Shown here: positions 30,624-40,572 of the stretch, one piece after another
Position numbering within the stretch: the stretch's first letter is position 1
How the letters are laid out: every line of letters begins with the position of its first letter
DNA from: a bacterium
GTDB lineage: Bacteria > UBA8248
DNA: 64,000 nucleotides
Assembly (NCBI GenBank): GCA_965219955.1
Contig: OZ244799.1
Location: forward strand, 1,088,001 to 1,152,000
Direction of reading: 5' to 3'
Notes under the pieces: generated by a model
What the model saw: only the letters and a program-made list of their open reading frames with translations
Databases searched by the model: none
Told to the model about the DNA's origin: nothing
Program-made: the position numbers and the translations under genes

Positions 30624-31778
30624 ATGGATGTTCAGTTGAACGAGTTTCAGACCGCGCTGCAGAGCAGCGTTCGGCAGTTCGTGAACCAGGAAGTCATTCC
30701 CGTCGCCAGCGAGTATGAGCATAAAGACGAGTATCCTCACCCTTTGGTCGATCGGATGAAGGCGCTGGGGTATTTCGGCGCGCTCGTGCCGGAGTGTTAC
30801 GGCGGCAGCGAGATGGACGCGATGAGCTTCACGGTTCTGACCGAGGAGTTGGCGCGGGGCTGGATGAGCTTGACCGGCGTGCTCGGCAGCCATTCGATGG
30901 TTGGGTGGATGATCAACGAATTCGGCAGCGACGAGCAGCGCCGGGAATGGCTGCCGAAAGTGTCCGAGGGGAAAATGCGCTTCGGCATCGGCATCACCGA
31001 GGCGGATGGGGGTTCCGACGTCGCGGCTTTGAGAACGTCCGCCCGCCGCGAAGGGCAGGACTACGTCGTCAACGGCTCCAAAATGTTCATTACCAACAGC
31101 GAGAACGCCACGCATTTCGCCATCATGGCCCGTACGAACCCCAAGGCGGAGAAACCCACCCGCGGGATAAGCTGCATCCTCATGGACAGGAATCTGCCCG
31201 GGTTCAGCATCAGCCGCCATCTGGACAAGATGGGTTACAAGGGTCTTAGGACGGGAGAGCTGGTTTTTGACGATTGCCCGGTGCCGGCTTCGTACCTGAT
31301 CGGCGAGGAGAACCGGGGATTCCACCAACTCATGGCGGCCCTGGAGCTGGGCCGCATCCAGGTGGCCGCCCGGGCGGTGGGGCTTCATGCCGCCTGTTTC
31401 GAGGATTCCATCAAGTACGCCCAGCAGAGAAAGAGCATGGGCAAGCCCATCGCCGGGCATCAGGCCATCCAGATCAAGCTCGCCGACATGGCCACCTCCT
31501 TAGAAGCGGCCCGCCAGCTCACCTACCGCGCGGCGCGCATGAAGGACCAGGGCGTGCGCTGCGACCTGGAAGCCGGCATGGCGAAGCTCTTCGCGTCTGA
31601 CGCCTGCCAGAGGGCGTCCGAGGCCGCCGTGCACATTCACGGGGGCTACGGCTACATCAAGGAGTTGCCGGTCGAGCGCTATTACCGCGATTCCATTCTC
31701 CTGCAGGTGGGCGAGGGTACGAACGACATCCAGCGGATCGTGATTGCAAAGCGCCTGGTGGAGAAATACCCCGCTTGA
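30624..31778 (+). CDS. Acyl-CoA dehydrogenase
   Basis: ITEADGGSD, NGSKMFITN, HGGYGY..E.PVERYYRD and GEGTNDIQR motifs. Confidence 0.95.
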   Translation: MDVQLNEFQTALQSSVRQFVNQEVIPVASEYEHKDEYPHPLVDRMKALGYFGALVPECYGGSEMDAMSFTVLTEELARGWMSLTGVLGSHSMVGWMINEFGSDEQRREWLPKVSEGKMRFGIGITEADGGSDVAALRTSARREGQDYVVNGSKMFITNSENATHFAIMARTNPKAEKPTRGISCILMDRNLPGFSISRHLDKMGYKGLRTGELVFDDCPVPASYLIGEENRGFHQLMAALELGRIQVAARAVGLHAACFEDSIKYAQQRKSMGKPIAGHQAIQIKLADMATSLEAARQLTYRAARMKDQGVRCDLEAGMAKLFASDACQRASEAAVHIHGGYGYIKELPVERYYRDSILLQVGEGTNDIQRIVIAKRLVEKYPA

Positions 31779-31841
31779 ATTTTACATAATTTCTGGAATT
31801 TTCTGCCCCGAAATACCCTGGAAAACGGCCCCTGAAATCCG

Positions 31842-31854
31842 TAACTCATTGATA
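31842..31854 (-). promoter_or_regulatory. IHF-consensus site in an AT-rich tract
   Basis: Minus strand TATCAATGAGTTA matches WATCAANNNNTTR. Confidence 0.35.
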
Positions 31855-32423
31855 TAGCTAGCGATAAATCCCCGAAAAAGTCCGTTTTTTTATCGAAAAA
31901 CCCCGTGAATTTATCTGAATTTATCGAAATTTTCAGAAATTCCCTCGCAAGGCGGGGCATGAGACCGCTGCCGCCGTCTCCGGAGCGCCGGGGCGCGCGT
32001 GCGCCGCAACTTCGGGGTAATCCGCGCGTCCTGAACCCGGCATCCGCGGGCGCGCTCCCGTTGCGGGAGGACCCCTTCGCGCGGGCGGCGGAGGCATGTG
32101 CCTGCGCTGAACTCCGGACGCGGAGCGGAGGTCGAATCCGAATCGCTCGTTCCATTTCTTCCTCCCCGCGTCGATGGGAACACCCGCTTTCCGCGCGGGG
32201 ATTCTCGCGCATCGCGCCCGAAGCGCGGTGACGGCAAATGCGGGGAAACGCGCGCCCTCTCGGCCGGGGCGGCGGAGAGCGAAGCCGTCCTCCGGGCGCG
32301 CCCGTGCATTCGTTGGCGAGGGTCATTTTCGGCCGGACGCGAAAACCGTGATTTTGAAGGACGATCTTCTTCCGCGCCGCATCCTTCCCGCATGGATCAC
32401 GAGCGGCCGCACGGGGCGCATCA

Positions 32424-32968
32424 GGGGGTTGTTGAAAAAGTCCTCCGCGAGGAGCGAGGGAATCCCGATAATCGAATTGTTTGCCGTAGGGACAGGCCTC
32501 CGTGCCTGTCCGGTTCTTCGTGGTTGTCCTTCGTCAGGACAGGCACGGGGGCCTGTCCCTACGCCCCGCGTATCGAGACGAACTGAAGGGGCGGCCCCCC
32601 GTGGCCGCCCTGTGCCCCTTTGCCGTCCATGGTTCGCCTTTGGCCGTCATTCCGGCAATCAATACCGACCGAGGAGGAAGGGATTGCCCGGAATCCATTT
32701 TCAAGCAGAATGATAATACCGCGGCTTTTCATCTCCTCGTCATTTGCGCGAATCGATCAGAAAACCAGGAACAAAGGCAAATCAAATGGATTCCGGCTCA
32801 AGGCCGGAATGACGAACAAAACCGCATCGTCTCGCAGGGACAGGCCTCCGTGCCTGTCCTGACGGCAACCATACCCGCAAAGGACAACCACGGAGGGCAG
32901 GACAACCCCGAGTAGGGGTTGTCCCTACATCCGCCATTCCTCCTTTATCGGACTTTTTCAAAACCCCC
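32424..32968. mobile_element. Composite MITE-like element containing REP-like modules
   Basis: Terminal inverted repeats GGGGGTTGTTGAAAAAGTCC and GGACTTTTTCAAAACCCCC. Inside are a GTAG-REP doublet (32486-32562) and a GTCATTCCGG element (32645-32814). Confidence 0.7.
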
Positions 32969-33009
32969 ATAAGACGCTGTTGAAAAACCCCTGATTCTGT
33001 GATTCGGTA

Positions 33010-35049
33010 ATGGCTGTTTTATGTTTGGGAGGAGGTCGCGAGATGCGGGAGCGCAGGAGTTGCGCCCAATCGGCAGGGCCGGGGCGAGAAGCGGTGCCGG
33101 GAGAGGCGGGCAGGGCGGCTTGCGAAGAGCTTCAGGCCGCTTCCGGCGATTTCATTCCGGCCGGCGGAAGCGCCGGTGAGCGTCCGATTAGCGGACAGGT
33201 GACGGCGGGGCGGCGGATACTGCGCGAAACATTCGGGTTCGACGAGTTCCGGCCAGGCCAGGAGGCCGTGATCGGGGCGCTTTTGGCGGGGCGCAACGCG
33301 CTTGTCGTGATGCCGACGGGTTCGGGCAAATCGCTGTGCTTCCAGATACCGGGCTTGGTCATGGATGGACTGACGGTTGTCGTTTCACCGCTGGTGGCGC
33401 TGATGCAGGACCAGATAGCGGCGCTGCGGCTCATGGGCGTCGCGGCGGACAGCATCAACTCCGGCAACAGCCGGGCGGAGAATGTGGCCGCCTGGAAGCG
33501 CGTGGCGGAGGGCCGGACGCGGTTTCTCTACATGGCCCCGGAACGGCTGATGACCGAGCGCATGCTGGCGGCCCTGAAACGACTGCCGGTGAGGCAGTTC
33601 GCCATAGATGAGGCCCACTGCATCTCGCAATGGGGCCCGGCCTTCCGTCCGGAATACGCCGACCTTTGCCGGTTGCGGGAGTTCTTTCCCGGGATACCGC
33701 TCATTGCGCTGACGGCGACCGCCGACGAGGTGACCCGCGCCGACGTCGTCGAGCGATTGTTCGACGGCCGGGTCGAGCAGTTCGTGCTCGGCTTCGACCG
33801 CCCCAACATCACGCTCACGGTGGAGATGAAGCGCAACTGGAAGCGGCAACTCCGGAGTTTCGTCGCGCGCCATGAAGGCCGAAGCGGAATCGTCTACTGC
33901 CTCTCGCGGAAGAAGACGGAGGAGGCCGCCGCCATGCTGGCGGAGGATGGCGTGCGTGCGCTGCCCTATCATGCGGGCATGGAGACCTGTGAGCGTGAAG
34001 CCCACCAGAACGTCTTCATGACCGAGCCCGGCGTCGTGATCGTGGCGACCATCGCTTTCGGCATGGGGATTGACAAGGCGGATGTCCGGTACGTCTTCCA
34101 CACCGATCTTCCGGGCAGCATGGAGGCCTACTACCAGGAGATCGGCCGGGCCGGGCGCGACGGCGACCCCGCCGAGGCGCACATGCTTTACGGGCTGGAT
34201 GACATTCGGATGCGCCGCCGGTTCATCGAGGATGAGGACGCGGGTCCGGAGCGAAGGCGCCGGGAGCACAAGCGGCTCGACGCGCTTCTGGGCTTTTGCG
34301 AGGCGCCGGCCTGCAGGCGAGTGGCGCTGCTGGATTATTTCGGGGAGCGGATCGAGCCTTGCGGCAACTGCGACATCTGTCTCTCCCCGCCCGAGCTCAT
34401 CGACGGGACGGAGGAAGCGTTGATGATACTCTCGGCGGCCAGGCGGTCGGGGGAACGCTTCGGCGCGGCGCATCTGATCGACATCTTGCGCGGGACAAAG
34501 AGCGAAAAGATCACGCGCTTCGGGCATCATTGTCTACCGACTTTTGGAGTGGGGGCGAATCGGGGTAAGAACGAGTGGCGCTCTTTGATTCGTCAAATGG
34601 TCGCTGCGGGGTTTCTGCGGCTTGACATCGGAGGCTTCGGCGGGCTCGGGATCACCGATAAGGGAGGCGCGTTGCTGCACGGCGACGGAGCGTTCATCTA
34701 TCGCGAAGACACGGCGGTTTCGCGCAGCCCTGCGAAGACGCAGGCGCGGAGCGACGGGCGGGCGGAACAGCCCCTGACCGGCGGGGAAGCGATGCTGCTG
34801 GACGCTCTCAAGGCGTTGCGGCTGGAACTGGCCAGAGAGCGCGGGGTGCCCGCCTTCGTCGTGTTTCACGACCGCACGCTGATCGACATGGCGCGCCGCC
34901 GGCCGCGCACCGAGGCGGAGTTCGCCGGGGTCAGCGGTGTCGGGGAAGCGAAGCTGAAGCAGTTCGCCGGGCCGTTCCTGGCCGCGATCGACGCTGCTCT
35001 CTCCGGTGTGACCGGGGCGGCCCTGTCCGGTACGGACGAGAGCGTTTGA
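33010..35049 (+). CDS. recQ: ATP-dependent DNA helicase RecQ (true start uncertain, probably downstream)
   Basis: MPTGSGKS, DEAHCISQWG, TATA, QEIGRAGRDG, Zn-binding CRR..CGNCDIC, and RQC and HRDC domains. Confidence 0.95.
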   Translation: MAVLCLGGGREMRERRSCAQSAGPGREAVPGEAGRAACEELQAASGDFIPAGGSAGERPISGQVTAGRRILRETFGFDEFRPGQEAVIGALLAGRNALVVMPTGSGKSLCFQIPGLVMDGLTVVVSPLVALMQDQIAALRLMGVAADSINSGNSRAENVAAWKRVAEGRTRFLYMAPERLMTERMLAALKRLPVRQFAIDEAHCISQWGPAFRPEYADLCRLREFFPGIPLIALTATADEVTRADVVERLFDGRVEQFVLGFDRPNITLTVEMKRNWKRQLRSFVARHEGRSGIVYCLSRKKTEEAAAMLAEDGVRALPYHAGMETCEREAHQNVFMTEPGVVIVATIAFGMGIDKADVRYVFHTDLPGSMEAYYQEIGRAGRDGDPAEAHMLYGLDDIRMRRRFIEDEDAGPERRRREHKRLDALLGFCEAPACRRVALLDYFGERIEPCGNCDICLSPPELIDGTEEALMILSAARRSGERFGAAHLIDILRGTKSEKITRFGHHCLPTFGVGANRGKNEWRSLIRQMVAAGFLRLDIGGFGGLGITDKGGALLHGDGAFIYREDTAVSRSPAKTQARSDGRAEQPLTGGEAMLLDALKALRLELARERGVPAFVVFHDRTLIDMARRRPRTEAEFAGVSGVGEAKLKQFAGPFLAAIDAALSGVTGAALSGTDESV

Positions 35050-35179
35050 GTGCCCGGAAGCAAAATTATCAGGTGCGCAACGGATATTTCCACACCTGTC
35101 ATGGAATCGAAAGACACTGCCGCAGGCCGAGTCGAAAACGATGGGATGGTCTGTGCCCGTTGCCTGCCAGAGTCCACTG

Positions 35180-35568
35180 GATTCCGGCATGCGCCGGGAT
35201 GACGCCTGATTCCTGCCCGTAGGGACAGGCCCCCGTGCCTGTCCTCACGTAGGGCAACCACGGGAGTTGTCCTTACCAAGTGATGGTGCCCGGGTCGTTC
35301 GGATTTCGGGAAATGATGTTCCCAGGGGCAGGGAGGAAATGTGCCTCTGTAGGGACAGGTCGCGACCTGTCCCTACTGTGCTCCCTCAACCCGCGCCGTC
35401 GTTTCCGACCGAAGAAGGAGACAGCGAGAGTATCCACCGGGCGCATGAATTATTACGCGTTAAGATAGCCGCTATGAGAGAAAAAGTGGTGTAGTGGAAG
35501 TAAAGGGGGCTTCAGTCTGGAGAAAGATTTCATTTGCACAGTAGGGGCGGTTCGCGAACCGCCCCTAC
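35180..35568. repeat. REP cluster
   Basis: Perfect palindromes GTAGGGACAGGTCGCGACCTGTCCCTAC (35349-35376) and GTAGGGGCGGTTCGCGAACCGCCCCTAC (35541-35568). Further GTAG-type and GGATTCCGG...GATGACG copies are present. Confidence 0.85.
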
Positions 35569-35592
35569 CAGGTGTTTTGGCGATATGCTTTC

Positions 35593-37467
35593 TCAACCCG
35601 CGCCGTTGCCCCCGCCGTTGCCCGCGGCGGCCAGCGCCTCGGCCACGTCATCGAGCTTGAGCCTCCCGAGCGTCGCCGCCGTGGGGAAGCCGTTCTCATC
35701 CCATCCGCGGATGCCGTAGAACTCGTTTTTCATGCCTTCGAGCTCATCCGGCGGGCAGTGCATCCCCTTGTGGGGGCCGTCGGGAATCGGCTCGTGCATC
35801 ACTTTATAGGGGAGCATGTCGTCCGCGCGGCTCACCCCCTCGCGCACGTGCAGGGCGCGCTCGAGGTTGCAGATGCGCTCGCCCGTTTCCTCCAACTCGT
35901 CCGCCGTCGTGTCCCACCCGGTCACGAGGTTCAGCATCGTCGCGTATTTCTCGTTGATCATCGCCCCGTAGCCGCGCTCGGCCGTGAAGCGGCACTGCGT
36001 GATGGAATCGCCCAGCGCGGTGAAGTTCTGCGTGCGCACGGCGAACTCGGGCTTGCCCTCGGTCGAGGTGTTGTCGTGGTCTGAGGCGTACTGCAGGGTG
36101 GGGCGGGTGTCGTGGTGGCTGCCGCCCCGCGTGCCCGTGGCGTAGCCGATGGACATGCCCTTGAGCGCGCGCGCGCTGTGCGCCGGAAGCTCGAGGCCGC
36201 GCGAGGCGTAGAGCAGGTTGGGCGCGTCGCCGCCGATTTCCGCGGCCAGGCGCTTGCCGCCCTCCGCCAGCCTGTCGCCGAACCCTTTCCGGTGGGTCAT
36301 GTCTTCTAAAAGCCTCAGCATGGTGGCCGAATCGCCCCACTTGAGCGGCTCGCCGACTTCCGCCTCGCTCAGCAGTCCTTTCTCCATGCTCTCGAAGGCG
36401 AGCGAGAGCGTGACGCCCGCCGATATCGTGTCGAGACCCAACTCGTCGCAGAGCATGTTGGCCTGGAGCATGACGCCCGGGTCCCCGATGCCCAGCATGG
36501 TCCCCAGCGCGAAGATGGTCTCGTATTCGGGCAGCTTCCACACGAGGCCGTCGAACTCGCCGCCTTTCATCAGGTAGTTCTTGCCGCACGCCACCGGGCA
36601 TTTGAGGCAGGTGGTGTGCTTGTCCAGAAAATTGTCGTGCATGTATTCACCGCTGATGGGCTCGCAGTTCTCAAAAATCTCGCTCATGAGGTTCCGGGTG
36701 CCGAGCGCGCCCATCTTGTTGATCATGTTGACGAGAATCGGGGTGCCGTACTTGTGGAGGGCCGCCGTGCCCGTGCGCACGTCCTCGGTGGTCTCGTTCA
36801 CGAACGTCCTGAGCGCCTTGGCGTCTGCCCAGGCGGTTTTCGCCTTGCCGCGGGCGGCGATGGCCTTGACGTTCTTGCTCCCCAGAACGGCCGCCATGCC
36901 CCCGCGCCCGCTGATGCCGTCGCGGCTCTTGCGCCAGGTGTGCGCCATGGCCGCGAAGCGCACCTGGTTCTCGCCCGCGGGGCCGATGGCCAGAACGTCC
37001 GTGCCGCCCTCGGTCTCCGTAATCGTATCGCACGTCTCGCGGATCCATTTCCCCTTCAGATGGCTCGCGTCCTTGAACGCCACGCCGTCTTCGGTGAGCA
37101 TGAGATAGACGAGGGAGTCGGCCTTTCCGTGCAGGACGACGGCGTCGAGCCCGGTGCGCTTGAGCGTGATGGGCCACGCGCCCCCGAAAGTGGAATCGAA
37201 GAAAAGCCCCGTGAGCGGGCTGATGGCCGCGGCGCAAGCGCGGCTGGCGCTGGGGACTGCGGAATCCGTATACGGCCCCACGGCGAAGACGATGACGTTT
37301 TCAGGCGACAGCGCGTCGGTGCCGGGCTTTAAGTGGTCCCAGAGGATCTTGGCGCAGAAGCCGTTTCCGCCGAGGAACGTGCGGCCTATCTCCTCGCCGA
37401 ATTCCTCGATGCGGGACGTGCGGTTGGTCAGGTCGATGTGCAGTATTCTTCCTTGATATCCGAGCAT
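35593..37467 (-). CDS. Aldehyde:ferredoxin oxidoreductase family protein (tungstopterin-type)
   Basis: GRILHIDLT, SPLTG, IGPAGEN, GRGGMAAVLGSKNVKA, CLKCPVAC, PEYET, DELGLDTIS and RGWD motifs. Confidence 0.92.
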   Translation of the reverse strand: MLGYQGRILHIDLTNRTSRIEEFGEEIGRTFLGGNGFCAKILWDHLKPGTDALSPENVIVFAVGPYTDSAVPSASRACAAAISPLTGLFFDSTFGGAWPITLKRTGLDAVVLHGKADSLVYLMLTEDGVAFKDASHLKGKWIRETCDTITETEGGTDVLAIGPAGENQVRFAAMAHTWRKSRDGISGRGGMAAVLGSKNVKAIAARGKAKTAWADAKALRTFVNETTEDVRTGTAALHKYGTPILVNMINKMGALGTRNLMSEIFENCEPISGEYMHDNFLDKHTTCLKCPVACGKNYLMKGGEFDGLVWKLPEYETIFALGTMLGIGDPGVMLQANMLCDELGLDTISAGVTLSLAFESMEKGLLSEAEVGEPLKWGDSATMLRLLEDMTHRKGFGDRLAEGGKRLAAEIGGDAPNLLYASRGLELPAHSARALKGMSIGYATGTRGGSHHDTRPTLQYASDHDNTSTEGKPEFAVRTQNFTALGDSITQCRFTAERGYGAMINEKYATMLNLVTGWDTTADELEETGERICNLERALHVREGVSRADDMLPYKVMHEPIPDGPHKGMHCPPDELEGMKNEFYGIRGWDENGFPTAATLGRLKLDDVAEALAAAGNGGGNGAG

Positions 37468-37654
37468 GTGCGGCCCTCGATAGAACGAATGAGCGAAGTC
37501 TGATTCCGTTGGAAGCCCTAGTGTAAACATTTGGCCGTTTTGTGCAAGGTCAATCGCAACTGAGGAAGGAGCGATTGCCGGGCAGGGAGGGGAGCTGAAA
37601 AAGCCTTTGTCGAAGGAGTAACCTTCCAATCCTCCTCCTCAGGGGATAAAGGCA

Positions 37655-38411
37655 ACCCCCCCTTGGCGGGGCTGTTGAAAAAGTCCTCTCAAGCGGTGGG
37701 GGTAAGATGGTTTTGTAGGGACAACCCTCCGTGGTTGTCCTTTGCGGGATGGTTGCCGTCAGGACAGGCACGGAGGCCTGTCCCTACGAGACGATACGGT
37801 TTTGTTCGTCATTCCGGCGAAAGCCGGAATCCATTTTATGATTTTTGCTTTCGTTTTCGCATTTGATTCTAACTCGCGGAAGAGAGCGCCGTGCCCGAAT
37901 CCGGAACGGATGAGGCGGATATATATGGTAGCGTCCGTATCTTCCCCGGTTGGGAGAGAGAACGACGGGGTGAAAGGCCAAAGACAAAGGCGAAAATGGA
38001 TTTCGTCGAACCCTCCCGCATTGGTCGGCTCCGACACCGGAATGACGAACAAAACCACACCGTCCCATCCTGAATAGCGGCCCTTCGACAGGCTCAGGGC
38101 AGGCTCCCTCGACTTCGCTCGGGACAAGCTCCGCCCCCACCTTCCTCATCCTGAGTAGCCGCCGAAGGCGGCGTATCGAAGGGCGAGGGGAGGCGAGCGC
38201 CTCGCGCCGGGCGAGGGGCATCCTTCGATACGCGGCTTCGCCGCTACTCAGGATGAGGTGGAGAGAGGTTATTCAACAACCCCACAAGGGAGGGGGTAGG
38301 GGGGGGTGGTTTTCAAGGCGAGAGCCTGCGCCGCCGCCCGGTTTCGGATTTTTGCCGGAATGACGGCGGAATTGGCAACGAAAGTGGGCGGACACATGGG
38401 TCCGCCCCTAC
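37655..38411. mobile_element. Composite MITE-like/REP mosaic
   Basis: Ends GGGCTGTTGAAAAAGTCCTCTC (about 37669) and GAGAGGTTATTCAACAACCCC (about 38263-38283). Contains GTAG, GTCATTCCGG and CTCATCCTGAG...CGAAGG modules, with extra REP halves to 38411. Confidence 0.7.
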
Positions 38412-38427
38412 AAAAACATCACCCCCC

Positions 38428-39138
38428 CTACTGCGGGACCTCCATGCGCCGGTAGGACTCGGCGCATTCGAGGCCGCCCGCCTCGCCCGAGCGCTTCGCC
38501 CAGTCGCGCAGGTGGGTAACGAGGTCTTCAGCCGCGCCGACCTGGCTCTTGTGGCAGTGGAGCGCCTTTATTTTCAGGTCGAACGTATCGGTGATGTCCA
38601 CCCAGGTGTCGGCGCCGCGAATCGTCTTGAAATAGACTTCCCTGGGATGATGCGGCTCCAGGCCCTCGGCGAGGAGTTCGGGGAAATAGTTCTCGTTCCC
38701 CACGGCGGGGTAGAGCGCGTCGAAGACCGCCTTGGCGACGGCGCGGTGGTCGCGGTGGTAGCCGTAGAAGCTGTCGAAGGCGTTGTTCGCCGGGTCGTCG
38801 GCGATCACGAGGTCCGGCTTGCACTCCCTCATCACGTGCACGAGGTCGCGCCTGAGTTCGGCCGTGTTCCGCACCTCACCGTCCGTATGGCGCAGGAAGT
38901 GGATTTTCTCGACGCCGACGACCGCAGCCGCCGCGTGCTGTTCGCTCTCGCGGATCGCCTGTTTCTCCTGGATGGTCATGCGGCGCGATTCGGGGCCGTT
39001 CACGCCCTTGTCCCCGCTCGTGGCGAGGCAGTATTCCACATGCCGGCCCTCGCGGGTCCATTTGGCGGCCGAACCTGCGCAGCGGAACTCGATGTCGTCG
39101 GGATGCGCGCAGATGATGAGGATGTTTTGGTGCTCCAC
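38428..39138 (-). CDS. PIG-L family deacetylase
   Basis: AHPDD, TSGDKG, HRDH, VDIT and HKSQ motifs. Confidence 0.92.
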   Translation of the reverse strand: MEHQNILIICAHPDDIEFRCAGSAAKWTREGRHVEYCLATSGDKGVNGPESRRMTIQEKQAIRESEQHAAAAVVGVEKIHFLRHTDGEVRNTAELRRDLVHVMRECKPDLVIADDPANNAFDSFYGYHRDHRAVAKAVFDALYPAVGNENYFPELLAEGLEPHHPREVYFKTIRGADTWVDITDTFDLKIKALHCHKSQVGAAEDLVTHLRDWAKRSGEAGGLECAESYRRMEVPQ

Positions 39139-39278
39139 CGGTGTTCCCTTTCATGGACGATGCGGCAAGGCGACTTATAGCAGGGGGCGATGCGCATCGC
39201 AAAGGGGGGGAATTTGATTTGGTGATTGCATGGCCGTTTCTCGCAGGGGCGGTTGAAAAAACCGAGGAGAGAGGACCT

Positions 39279-39525
39279 ACTCCCCCCGTGAGGCTGTTGA
39301 AAAAGCCTCGATGAACGAGGGATGGCGAATTATGGCCGCGCTCGCCGCGGATGAAAATTTCAACCGTAGGGGCGGGCCTCCGTGCCCGCCCGTATCGGGA
39401 ATGTCCATGCCCGTAAGAAACCTCGGACAGGCACGGAGGCCTGTCCCTACGGGGAACAATTCGATGATTGGGATTCCCTCTCTTCTCAGTAGGGACTTTT
39501 TCAACAACCCCCTCAAGGGGGGAGT
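39279..39525. mobile_element. MITE-like element with ~28-bp terminal inverted repeats and an internal REP doublet
   Basis: ACTCCCCCCGTGAGGCTGTTGAAAAAG...CTTTTTCAACAACCCCCTCAAGGGGGGAGT. The right ~87 bp is a close inverted copy of 32426-32512. Confidence 0.75.
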
Positions 39526-39644
39526 GAAGTCCCCTCCATACTCGATCGGGTCCCCCCCTTGGTGGCAACCCCCGAAATCTGCTAGAAATGAAGAAAACAC
39601 CTGTACGGATTTCATTGCGAACCCCGAACGACGAGGAGGCCGAG

Positions 39645-40235
39645 ATGTCGAGAATCACGCCGGTACCCGATGACGCCGCTGGCGATCACGAACCGCTCTT
39701 TGAGCAATCGAGGGAAAGATGGGGCACGGTGCCCAGCTTCTACCGCGCCCTGGCCCATTCGCCCGAAGCCCTGCGCCACATCATGAGCCTGACGGTGGCC
39801 CTGCGGAGCCAGTGGCGGACCGATTCGGCCAGGATGCGCCTGATGCAGCTTGCGATCCTGACGCCCTCGCTCATCAACGACTGCGAGATATGAACGAACC
39901 ACAACGTCAAGCTTGGTCAAGCTGCCGGATTGAACGACGAACACATCGCCCTGATAGTCGATGGCTGGGAGGGGAGCGACCTGTTCGATGAGCGCGAAAA
40001 GGCGGTGATCCGCTGGGCGACGGCCCTCACGAGAAACACGGCCGCCGCGGACGACGCCTGTTTCGCGCCGCTTAAACAATTTTTCAGCGAAAAGGACATC
40101 GTGGAGCTCACCCTGTTCACCTGCCTGTTCAACGCCTGGAACCGCCTGCAGGACGGCCTCCACAACCCGGTGGAGCCGCCCGATGACATCATCGGCTGGA
40201 AGGAGTGGGAGGAAGTGGCGCAGGTGTCGGGGTAG
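39645..40235 (+). CDS. AhpD/CMD-family selenoprotein (CxxU; TGA 39891-39893 read as Sec)
   Basis: GAGGAGG RBS. The two ORF-track halves are in the same frame and join as SLINDCEI-U-TNHNVKLGQAAG...FDEREKAVIRWA...IVELT...FNAWNR, a complete AhpD fold. Confidence 0.82.
39906..39936 (+). promoter_or_regulatory. Putative bacterial SECIS element
   Basis: AGCTT-GGTC-AAGCT hairpin (39910-39923). The loop G lies 22 nt after the TGA, and a lower stem CAA/TTG is possible. Confidence 0.65.
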
Positions 40236-40285
40236 GGGGATAGGAATGGATTCGCAGGGGCGTCGGGCTTTCCTGAGGAAGGGAA

Positions 40286-40491
40286 GCCCGACCGTGGTCG
40301 CCCTTTGTTGGACAGGCGCAGAGGCCTGTCCCTACGGGTCGCTCCGACCGAAGAGAAATGGTTTTGATGGTTTTGTAGGGGTCAGACATATATGTCTGAC
40401 TATGTGTCCGCCCTGTTCATCTATCCGCCATTTGCGCGTCGTGGTTTGAGTCGGTTTCCAAAGCGGGCGGACACACAGGTCCGCCCCTACG
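40286..40491. repeat. GTAG-type REP cluster
   Basis: GGACAGGCGCAGAGGCCTGTCCCTAC, GTAGGGGTCAGACATATATGTCTGAC and GGGCGGACACACAGGTCCGCCCCTAC. Confidence 0.75.
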
Positions 40492-40572
40492 GAAGAGCGG
40501 GATACCGGAATTGATGAGGCAGGTATTTCATGATTCGAACGCCCCTTCACCCATTTCAATGAAAGGAAACGC

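Noticed and set aside
31900-33000. Many short ORFs in repeat regions (also 37.5-38.3, 41.4-41.9 and 51.0-51.7 kb) sharing peptides such as WIPAFAGMT and VGTGLRACP
   Set aside because: These are translations of the DNA repeats in arbitrary frames, not a protein family.
39588-40235. Pseudogene or two separate small genes
   Set aside because: The single TGA falls on the conserved redox Cys position, has a SECIS-like hairpin after it, and there is no other sign of decay.
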